Origin: Somniosus microcephalus
Lineage: Eukaryota
Assembly (NCBI GenBank): GCA_052327205.1
Contig: CM126209.1
Coordinates: 39,866,001 to 39,930,000, forward strand
Direction: 5' to 3'
DNA: 64,000 nucleotides
The notes under the pieces were generated by a model. It was not told the DNA's origin and made no database searches. It saw only the letters and a list, made by a program, of their open reading frames with translations. This document shows positions 12,428 to 21,800 of the stretch, piece after piece. The position numbers and the translations under genes were made by a program. Each line of letters opens with the position of its first letter. Position 1 is the stretch's first letter.

Positions 12428-14530
12428 ATGGCAACGCCAGAGAAGGCCCGTCAGCGTGCCCTGCGCTTCTCAGAGGGTGATCTGGACATAATGGTCACAG
12501 CTCTGGAGGTGAGGCACAAGATCTTGTTCCCAGAGAGTGGGAGGAATCCAACCCACCACGACTACACCAAAGCCTGGAAGCAGATCGCCCAGAGGGTGAC
12601 GTTCACCGGCGATGCCCCCAGGACCCACAAACAATGTCGTAAAAAATACAACGATCTGACCAGGATTGTGAAGGTGAGTAGCCTTTCCAGTCTCCTCCTC
12701 ATTCTTGCATGTACACCTGACATGATGGGCAAAGGGAGCTGAAAGTCCTATTGGCCAGCCCTCAGCCAGCAGCATTGGGACAGTCATGAGCATCACATGG
12801 CCATTCGGCACTCTACACTCTGTCCACGCTATTCCACCATGGGAGGCAGTGCACACTACATCAGGGCTTCACTCTGTCCACGCTATTCCACCATGGGAGG
12901 CAGTGCACACTACATCAGGGCTTCACTCTGTCCACGCTATTCCACCATGGGAGGCAGTGCACACTACATCAGGGCTTCACTCTGTCCACGCTATTCCACC
13001 ATGGGAGGCAGTGCACGCTACATCAGGGCTTCACTCTGTCCACGCTATTCCACCATGGGAGGCAGTGCACACTACATCAGGGCTTCACTCTGTCCACGCT
13101 ATTCCACCATGGGAGGCAGTGCACACTACATCAGGGCTTCACTGCGCACTTACAGCCCGTCCTTTCTCTTGCAGGCTAAAGTAGCGTTTAATCGCCAGGC
13201 GCGTGCCAGGGGTGGCCGCACCAAGCTGCAGAAGCTCACTCGGCTGGAGGAGCGCGTGTGTGTGCTCATGGGAGCCCGTGTGATTGTCCCCACAGCGTGC
13301 GGAGTATCCGACCCTCCACTGCCCGGCAATGGTAAGGACCTCGCCTTTTGGCCCTCTCGCGTCGCACTGGCCCATCCGAGCTACCTCCTTTGCCACTGTC
13401 CCAACAATGCGCTGAATGCCACCAGTCCTAACTCCCTCGCTGACGCCGTCTCCTCACTCTGAAGCTACTCTTGTGCATTCCTGCTTTCAGCTGGTGACGA
13501 CCAGGACCCTGAAGCTGCCAGTGACAGCACCTCCGACCAGGAGGAGGAGGAGGAGCAAGCCGGACCTTCGGGGGAACAGTCACGTCCCGCAGGAGAGGAG
13601 GAAATGCTTGACACCTCCTCACTGGACGAGTGCCTGGAGGAACTGTCGCAGGGCAATGCAGCTTCTGGGACCAGTGGCGTCCAGCCACCCAGGAGCCGTG
13701 CGCGTGGCCCGCGGCCTTCCCCCCAAAGGGGGGAAGGATCAGAGGGGAGTGCTGCTGTTCGGCACACTCGCCGCCACCAACGCTGCAAGGGTCCCCTAGT
13801 TCGGCCCCCTCCTCCCCAGCGGGAGAGTCGCGACTCCAGTCCGGACACCTTCACCTCGGAGGAGGTGCGGAAGCTGGATAAGATGGCCGAGGATTCGGAC
13901 CGGCGCCACACGGAGCTCATGAGCGTGGTGGGGCGCATGCCTGAGGCCATCGAGTCGCTGGCGACCAGTGTGCGCGAGTTCGGGGCAGCAACTGCCGCGA
14001 GTGGCCGCATGCTGACTGATGCCGTCAAGACCCTGGCGGCTGTGATGCGCGCGCACAGCAGGACCACAGGGGCACTCACTGCTGCCACACGCGCTGTCTC
14101 AGGCAGGCATCGCCAGGGCAGCCGCCGCGCTGGCCAATCCCAGCAAGCCGCCCCTTGGCTGATTGTTGCGGATCCTGCAGTGCGGGCCCGGCCGAGTGCC
14201 ACCGCGCCACAGCACCAGCCAGCGCATCCCAGACGCCAGCTGGCCCACATTGCGCCATCTGTCGCCGCCATTCCCCCACTGGGGCGTCAAGGGCAAGCAG
14301 CTGCAGCTGATGGTGGCCAGGCTCAGGTGCGCCACTCAGCAGACGGCCCCTCGAGGCCCAAACGCCGTGTAGGCCGCCCCCCAGCGGCATCTGGCGGAAG
14401 GGCATCTGAGCCTCAGGCGCCTTCCCCCAGCCTCGCAGCAGCCACTGGGCAGAGCTTGCGAAGGAGCAGCAGGCCGGGCAGGGGAGGCAAAAGGCTGGGC
14501 AAGGTCTCGCCCTCGCGGGCCACTCAGTAG
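12428..14530 (+). CDS. Harbinger Myb/SANT-like DNA-binding protein, 3 exons (12428-12673, 13175-13331, 13491-14530), 480 aa
   Basis: Exon 1 encodes RALRFSEGDL...AWKQIA...QCRKKYNDL. Junctions are AAG|gtgagt, ttgcag|GCT, ATG|gtaagg and tttcag|CT, with consistent phases. The spliced total is 1443 nt, open to TAG. Confidence 0.88.
12816..13143 (+). repeat. 54-bp minisatellite, 6 near-identical copies, in intron 1 of the Myb gene
   Basis: Unit CACTCTGTCCACGCTATTCCACCATGGGAGGCAGTGCACACTACATCAGGGCTT. I see one substitution, in copy 4. Confidence 0.97.
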
Positions 14531-14758
14531 AGGGTGTGGGCAGCTTTCCTTTTATATGGCGGTGGCCATCTTTATTTTGCCCATGGTTGTGTTGTTGGAG
14601 GGCTTATTTTTTGCGTTATGCTGACGTTGAGGCCCGGTTTGAAGAAAGGTGGAGTGACTCCTCCCCAGTTTGTGGGAGTGAGTCATTTGTTGGGCTTTTT
14701 GTGGGGCCCGTTTATTGTTTTTGGGGATTCATGTGGGAAGGGCTTTTCATTTTTGTGT

Positions 14759-14778
14759 AATAAAAAATTATCTTTATT
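14759..14778. terminator. Closely spaced polyadenylation signals of the two convergent Harbinger genes
   Basis: AATAAA on + at 14759-64 and AATAAA on - at 14773-78, between the two stop codons. Confidence 0.6.
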
Positions 14779-14893
14779 CATGCAGTCTCCATGGTTGTTC
14801 TTCTTAGTGTTTGTTGGCTTCGCCGGCTGAGGGCTTGCGGAGCGGCTGCATTCATCTTCCCTCATGGCCCCTGGCCATTCCCTGACAGGGGGC

Positions 14894-16036
14894 TTAGAAG
14901 TACCGTGTAATAAGGTGGCGTCGTGCGGCCCTTGGCCCTGGTCGCTCCCTCCTGGGAACGTACTCCTGCTCCTCCTCCTCCTCCTCCTCATGCTCCTCCT
15001 CCTGAGGTGCTGGTCCAACGTCAGGTGGCAGTGCCTGAGTCCTGCGGATAGCCAGGTTGTGTAGCATGCAGCAAACCACCACAAATTGGGAGACCCGGTC
15101 CGGCGAATACTGGAGAGCTCCTCCGGAGCGATCAAGGCAGCGGAACTGCTGCTTGAGGACCCCAATAGTTAGCTCGATGATGTTGCGGGTGGTTTGATGG
15201 CTCTCGTTGTAGGCCTCTTCAGCAGCGGTCCTGGGCGCGCGGAGCGGGGTCATGAGCCAGGTGCACAAAGGATAGCCTTTGTCCCCGAGTAGCCATCCTC
15301 TTGGGGGAGGCTGTGCCTGGAACATGTCATGCACAGTACTCTGCCGCAGGATAAAGGCATCGTGGCTGCTGCCTGGGAAGCTGGCATTGACTGCCATGAT
15401 GCGCTGCTTGTGGTCACACACCAGCTGCACATTCAGAGAATGGTAGCCCTTCCTGTTGCGATACTGCTCGCCATGCTCCAGAGGGGCCCGCAAAGCCACA
15501 TGCGTACAGTCAATGGCGCCCTGCACCAAGGGGAATTCCCCGAGTCTGGAAAATCCCAATGCGCGCTGATGCTGGCTCTCCAGGGCCATGGGGAAGGAGA
15601 TGAATTGGCTTCTCCTTCTGAACAGTGCTTCGGTCACCTGGCGGATGCAGCGATGCGCGCCGTACTGGGAGATGTTTGCTATGTCCCCAGCAGCGTATTG
15701 GAAGGAGCCGGTGGCATAGAAGTTCAATGCCACCGTCACCTTCACTTCCACCGACAGAGACGTCCTGCACCTGAGCTTTGGCCGCAGATCTCGGCAAAGC
15801 AGGTGGCAGATCTCTGCAATCACCTCCTTTCGGAATCGGAGCCTTTTAACACATCGCGCAGCACTCATGTTTAGGTAGGAGCGCTGCTGGCGGTATAGCC
15901 TGACTGGGTAAGGCCTACGTGGCCGATGCCTGTAGCCCCCTCTGCCTCTAGCCAGGGCTGCCCCTCTCACAATGCGTCTGCGAGCCCTACGGACATGGAG
16001 CTGCAGCTCCGCGTTGGCACCCCATGCAACCCCCAT
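14894..16036 (-). CDS. Harbinger (HARBI1-like) DDE transposase, 380 aa, intact
   Basis: Motifs [54 protein letters not shown] and CCMLHN. No stop or frameshift; first ATG at 16036. Confidence 0.96.
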   Translation of the reverse strand: MGVAWGANAELQLHVRRARRRIVRGAALARGRGGYRHRPRRPYPVRLYRQQRSYLNMSAARCVKRLRFRKEVIAEICHLLCRDLRPKLRCRTSLSVEVKVTVALNFYATGSFQYAAGDIANISQYGAHRCIRQVTEALFRRRSQFISFPMALESQHQRALGFSRLGEFPLVQGAIDCTHVALRAPLEHGEQYRNRKGYHSLNVQLVCDHKQRIMAVNASFPGSSHDAFILRQSTVHDMFQAQPPPRGWLLGDKGYPLCTWLMTPLRAPRTAAEEAYNESHQTTRNIIELTIGVLKQQFRCLDRSGGALQYSPDRVSQFVVVCCMLHNLAIRRTQALPPDVGPAPQEEEHEEEEEEEQEYVPRRERPGPRAARRHLITRYF

Positions 16037-16559
16037 CAAATCCTGGCAAACACTCTAATTTCCAAAAGGCCACTTGCAGCGCTCTGGCCTGAGTCCAAAA
16101 ATACCTGGCTCTTGCTGCTTGAAACCAGTTAGCTATCCTCCTTGTTGTGTCTCCAGAAATGCGTTGCACAAGAGTGTTTTCTGAAAAAAGGCTGGCCTTT
16201 ATACTGGAGAGTACGTCCCCTTTAATTTGCTCCCCCCGGGGCCCGCGCTGGTTGTGTTGCGTTTCTTTTTCCAAACGCTCCGGCCGCCAGCCGCACAATG
16301 GGGCGGTCCGACTGAAGTTTGGAATCGGGGCGCACAAAGGGCGTTGCACGAGGATGTGACGTCATTTTCTGCGCGCGCATCCGGGCGGGCGCTAAACTTT
16401 GCGCCGGCGCTAACGGGCAACTTAATTTGGGGCGGGGCGCAAACTGCGCTGCGCCCGGGCGCTACACGCATAGCGCCCGAAAATCACTTCTCTTAAGGCG
16501 CTAACTGCTGGCGCAAGCGACTGAAAATCTAGCCCCTAGATCTCTTTCAACATCATTCT

Positions 16560-17650
16560 TATCTATTTTGACACCATTCATGAAGCACTTATATTGTCCA
16601 ATTTTTCCTATGTGAAGTATTTTGCACTTCTCCATATTAAATTTAATCTGCCATGTTCTGACCACTTACACGTTTTGTATAATTTATTTTGTAGTTTACA
16701 AGATGCCTACTCAGATTCAACTGCTCCTATTAGTTTATCATTTGTAAATATGACGTTTGCATTAAGCTTCTGAATCTATATCATTAACATAAATTAGAAA
16801 CAGCATCAATCCCTACTGCACCCCGCTGACCAATTCTCCTCACTTCGACATAATAATACAAATACCCACTGCCTCTCATCCTTCTGATCCATTCCTGAGC
16901 TTTACCCTGAATTCCCACCACTTTAAGCTGAACTAATAGCCTTTCATGCAGAAGTTTATCAAACACTTTTTCGCAAATCACCTGAGGGCTTCCACGGTCC
17001 TTACTCAAAAAAATGAAGGAGGTTGGCCAGATGGAATCTTCCCCCTTCTGAACCTGTATCATACAGGTAGTTATGTTTACTCCTGCTAATCAAAGGCACC
17101 ATGAGGAAAAACTTTTTTACGCAGCGAGTGGTTATGATCTGGAATGCACTGCCTGAAAGGGTGGTGGAGGCAGATTCAATCGTGGCTTTATAAAGAGAGT
17201 TGGTAAAGTAAATGAAGGAAAATAATTTGCAGGGCTACGGGGAAAGGGCAGGGGAAGCTGAAGTGCTCTTGCAGAGAGCCAGCATGGGCTTGATGGGCCG
17301 AATGGCCTCCTTCTGTGTTGCACCTATTCTAGGATTCTAAGTCTATTCTTTAAACTAGTACTGACGGCACTAATTTCTGAAATTACTTAGGTCTGATAAA
17401 CAGTTACCACATTAGCCTATTATTCAGCAACTTCCTCATAATTAATGTCATTGGCTCACAAAACTCACCCCTTATCTCCCTTAGTACTTTGGGATAAATA
17501 CTATCCATTTCTATTTTTTTTTGCCAGCCTAGAGCTTCAATCTCATTTCTGTCATTAATTCTACTTGGATTATCACTCATTAAGGAAGGCATGCTGTTCA
17601 CATCTTCACTAATGAATATTTAGTGGAAGTAATCATTTAGTGTAGTAACC
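16560..17650. mobile_element. Cluster of degraded CR1 fragments (16560-17070 on -, 17100-17340 on +, 17400-17650 on -)
   Basis: Remnants KVFDKLLHERLL and IYPKVLREI, plus a CR1 3' UTR (gggccgaatggcctccttctgtg). Confidence 0.7.
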
Positions 17651-18269
17651 ACCACATGGTCACCTTCAATTTCAAGAAAGTTAGCATATCTTAGGGGTGC
17701 TCAGGAAATGCTCTTACTGTCTTGTTGCAATTATATTTGTGTCTGCAGTTGTTCTTTGTCTTAGGTTTCTCCTTTCCCTTATACCATAATAGAATAGTCA
17801 GTCCAATTATATTCTGTATTCTTCTGACATCAAGGTTAGGGGCAAATGTGCTATTAAGATTTTTTATGACTCTGGACAACATCTTTCATAGAAATAAGGA
17901 CAATTTACACATTAATAATTGCAAACGCATTAAACTCACCGTTATATTGCCAGAAAATTCTGGCCCAATATCTTACTACTGTTGACAAGGAAGGTGGGGA
18001 AAGAAGGACAGCACAGTTTAACTGCCCCTCTCTTGCTTCCACCCCACAATGACTTGGTTCTTTTTTTTTGTTACTTTGATATTTAAGCTAATAAACAGTG
18101 AACTTTCTGTAAACAACTGTACTATTAACAATTAAAACTTGGTAGAACAGCTGCTTTAAACCTATTCACAAAGTAATCACACTTCATTATTCTGGACCAA
18201 TATTGGGCTAATATTGGAGATTAAAAAAGAATGTAACTAATTATTAATGTTACTAACAATGCACTTTAC

Positions 18270-18405
18270 CTTAGCTTTAAAAGAAATTTCTGAAAAGCTT
18301 GCAGTTCAAAAAAATTTTCTTCATTTTCAGGAAATTCAGAAGGGCCACATGCTTGTTGAACCTGGACCAATCGACTTTCAAACTTCAACATCTTTCTATG
18401 TGAAC
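18270..18405 (-). CDS. Probable first coding exon of the NERD-like host gene: MLKFESRLVQVQQACGPSEFPENEENFFELQAFQKFLLKL(R)
   Basis: Acceptor ttttttgttaccag| and donor AAG|gtaaag. ATG at 18391 has A at -3. The exon ends in phase 2, matching the 10155 exon. Confidence 0.72.
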
Positions 18406-18891
18406 CTGGTAACAAAAAAATCTATAAATATACGGCATAAAACATAACAATATAAACAACAGTTCCATTAACTTTATTCTTTTTACTGTTCGTTAGCAAC
18501 AAGAATTTAGTATAACATATCCTATATTCTCTCAGCAATATGGCATATTGAACATGGGAAAAGGTATAAAAGGCATTTCACAGTTGGAGGGCAGGTCCTA
18601 CATGTGAGGAGCAGGAGGGGGACTAGGGAAGGTGGCTGAAGGCACTGTTGAAGAGGTAAGTTGTAAGGAGGTTTTTAAAGGTGGGGAGTGATGTGGAAAG
18701 GGAGTTTCAGAGAGTGGAAGTCAGATGGCAGACATCTCTGTCACTGATGGTAGAGCAGAAGGAGGCTAGAATGTGCAGTGGACCAGGGTTGAAAGACTAG
18801 CAGTTGTAGGCAGAGACACAGGGCTTGAGGAGGTTGCAAAGTTGGGAGGTGTAAGGCTGTGCAGCAATGTGGAGATAAATTCTAAGATATT

Positions 18892-21800
18892 GGGCTGGAC
18901 TTTAATGTGCAGGAGCGTGTGGGTTTGGGAGCGGGTGGGTGGTTAAAACTGGAGAAATTGACAGTGCGTCGGGAAGCCGGCTCCAACCCACCAACTTCCG
19001 GGTTTCACTGCAACGCGTTAGGCTGCGTGCAAGCAACACCCTTGGCAGAAGCAAGTTGCCACGTAACATATGTTAATCGCTCAATTATAGCGATATTGAC
19101 ATCAATTTTTCAGTTTAACATTGGTCCACGGGTTTCCCAGGCTTCCTGGAACTCACCAGTGAAAGCAAGGTGAGTACACAGCGGCAATTGAGGGGGCTGA
19201 AGCAATCTCAGGGAAATATACCAATAAATACTCAGTACTCACAGCTGCTTTCTTACCTGCTTGTGGGAAAGGGTTTGCTCTTTGTGCTGAGAGGTTACTT
19301 TACACACTTTGGAGGTATCATCTACACTTTGGAGCTTTGAAAGTCTGATCTGCACTTTGGATCAGGATGGGTGCTGCTTATGCTGCCTCAGATTGGATCT
19401 CAGATGAGGACCAAGATGACCAACAACAGCATCAGCAACAGCGGAAGCAGCAGCCTCCTGGTCACAGACCTGTAGCTCCACAGGAGAGAGGGCAGCAGTA
19501 GAGAGGTGTAGCTCGCAGGAGCCCATACCTGGCACACAGGATCTACAGGCAGAGGATAAGCTTCCTTGACATGTCTGAAAACCAATGGCTCAGGAGGCAA
19601 GAAGGAAGAAGAAAGGACACTTAACAATACAAAATGTGTAAGACACCCATGTGCATACCCTTGTACAACTACAAATCTTTACTCTTCCTTTTCCTAGTGC
19701 TTCTATGTGGTGCAACCCCTGTAGCTTGAGTAGAGGTAGAGTCAGGCTGCTCTTGGTCAAGGTCCTCTGATTTTGGAGGTTTTGGAGCCCGTGAGGGCCC
19801 CGCCAAAGACTGCTCCACCTGCACCTGTGCAGGGACAGACTCAGCCATCGCGACACGGGTACTGACTGGAGGGGTGGGGGGCGGGTGAGGCGACGGATGA
19901 GAAATGGAAGCGCTTTGAGCGGAGTCCCCACTTCCATGACCCCTTTCGCCATCATCCCTCTCATGGCCCAGCCACAATTCCCAATTACCACTGTGCTGGA
20001 GAGCACTTTGCTACAGATCAATGGGGCGCTGCAAGGCCAAGGCTAGGTTATCGTTCATCCTATTTAAGGAGTCATCCAGAGTCTACAAGCCCTTGTTGAA
20101 GGCCTGCATACACTTGTTCAATTGCCGTGTTTGATGCTCCATGCAGTTAGCCACTCTGTCCATGGAAAAAGACATCATCGCAATTACCTGCGACAGCATC
20201 CCACTCATGTTTGAGACAGACTGCTCCAATCTTGCTGCAATCGTGGACAGTGTGCTTAGAGCGCCTGTCAGTACATTGCACAATTTCTGCTGCTGCTCAA
20301 TGATTATCCTCTTCATCGACGGCTCCCGGGATACAGCATCTGCGTCCAGCTGAGCAGAACTTGGAGAGGGCTGCGCCCTCCGACCTGGACTCTCCACTGC
20401 TGTCCCTGACTCCACCATTTGCTCTTGCTCACTTGTGAAGTGCGAGTCACCAGGTGAAAACCCAACTATCTCTGTAACTGGTCCCACCAAAGTGCGAGTA
20501 TCTGAACTGGTGCATGGTCTGCATAAGTCCTGTGATGGTGCACCCTCAGAGGGATTGAGCTCCTCTGAGGAGTCAATCAAAATTGATATAAATTTTCAAA
20601 ATGGCTCCTGGTCAGGCAGCACCTTACTGAGCAGCTCTTCTCTTCAACTGCATCCTTGGTCATCCATTACCATCCTTTGCCCTTTCTTCCCCCAATCTCC
20701 TTTCTTCCATTGCTTAAGATACCCTGGTTCTGATAGTGAAGGCATTTTAGCCCAAAATACAAGTTTAAAGCTACTTTGAACTACACTGGATTACACCACT
20801 ACGCTTTTGCACTGGATTACACTGGATTACACTGTAAGACCTACCTGCTGTGTCTCTATCTCTGCTGCTAAAAGATTTTCTTTAAATAACTTTTAAACTG
20901 CGGCTGTGTCTCTGCTGAACTGGTTCTACTGATTTTTTCAGCTTTGTTGGCTTCTGACTAGCAGCTGCTGTTTCACTTGCTGTCTGGTAACTTGTTCTAC
21001 TGGTTTTCAGCTTTGCTGGTCGCTGGCTTGTGGTTTTACTTTTTCTCCGCCGCTTTGATCTATGGTGACCTCCAACTTGCGGCAATTTCGCCATCATCTT
21101 TCTTCACCGCTACCGACTCTCATTCCTACGGCAACAACCTCCATCCTCGAACTCTCGACCCTTCAAATAGCTTCTGGACTTCACTCGCCTGCTTTGGACA
21201 ACGGTTCATTGATGCTCCATGCCGGCTCTATCCTACTTACGTCGGCTTTGTCCCTCCATGGGACCTCTGATTTTGACCCTGGTCACCCTACTATTGTCTC
21301 CAACCGATTCGCTGCTACCAGGAAATATGTATCTCATTAATTAATAAATAACCAGGCCTATGTAACCTGAGTTTTTCCCTGTGTCCATTCGTGTGCGCAC
21401 TTTGGCTGCCGCTCCTGACCTGAGGCGTTCATTTCTTTATCCACCTTTTCTCCCCCTTTTCCTTTTCTCTCTATCCCTCCCTGACCACTCTCTCCTGTCG
21501 TCATGCCTCCTTTCATCTCTCCTCTCTGATACTCTGCCCTCCCAAATTCCTACCCCAATTCTTCATTACTCTTCGACCTTCCTACTCTCCTGCCGCCATT
21601 CCAGGCTTGACTCCCTCTTAGATAATCCTACAGCTTCCCTCTGTGCCTCTCTTGGCATCCTACGAAGGGCCCATCAAGGCACTAGTCGCTGCCTCCTTAT
21701 GAGCAGCAACCCCAACTGTCCCATCCTACTCTCTCACTGACCTTCCCGCCCAGCGCGGCCACTGGGGGATAATCTTGCCAGTCTCCTCCCTGTCCAACTC

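Larger units (their letters stand above)
12074..16535. mobile_element. Complete, apparently intact autonomous PIF/Harbinger transposon (4462 bp)
   Basis: Perfect 16-bp TIR GGGCTAGATTTTCAGT and CTA target duplication (12071-73 / 16536-38). It holds convergent Myb/SANT and DDE transposase genes, both uninterrupted. Confidence 0.97.

Noticed and set aside
12816-13143. CRISPR-like array
   Set aside because: Units are contiguous and essentially identical with no unique spacers, there are no cas genes, and the context is eukaryotic.
13465-14271. 268-aa antisense ORF and other long shadow ORFs in GC-rich elements (for example 55661-56242, 44005-44244)
   Set aside because: Explained by stop-poor GC-rich sequence on the opposite strand, in MITEs or in Gypsy leaders; no recognisable domains.
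14894-16036. Domesticated HARBI1 / NAIF1 host genes
   Set aside because: Both ORFs lie between perfect TIRs with a target duplication, so this is a transposon.
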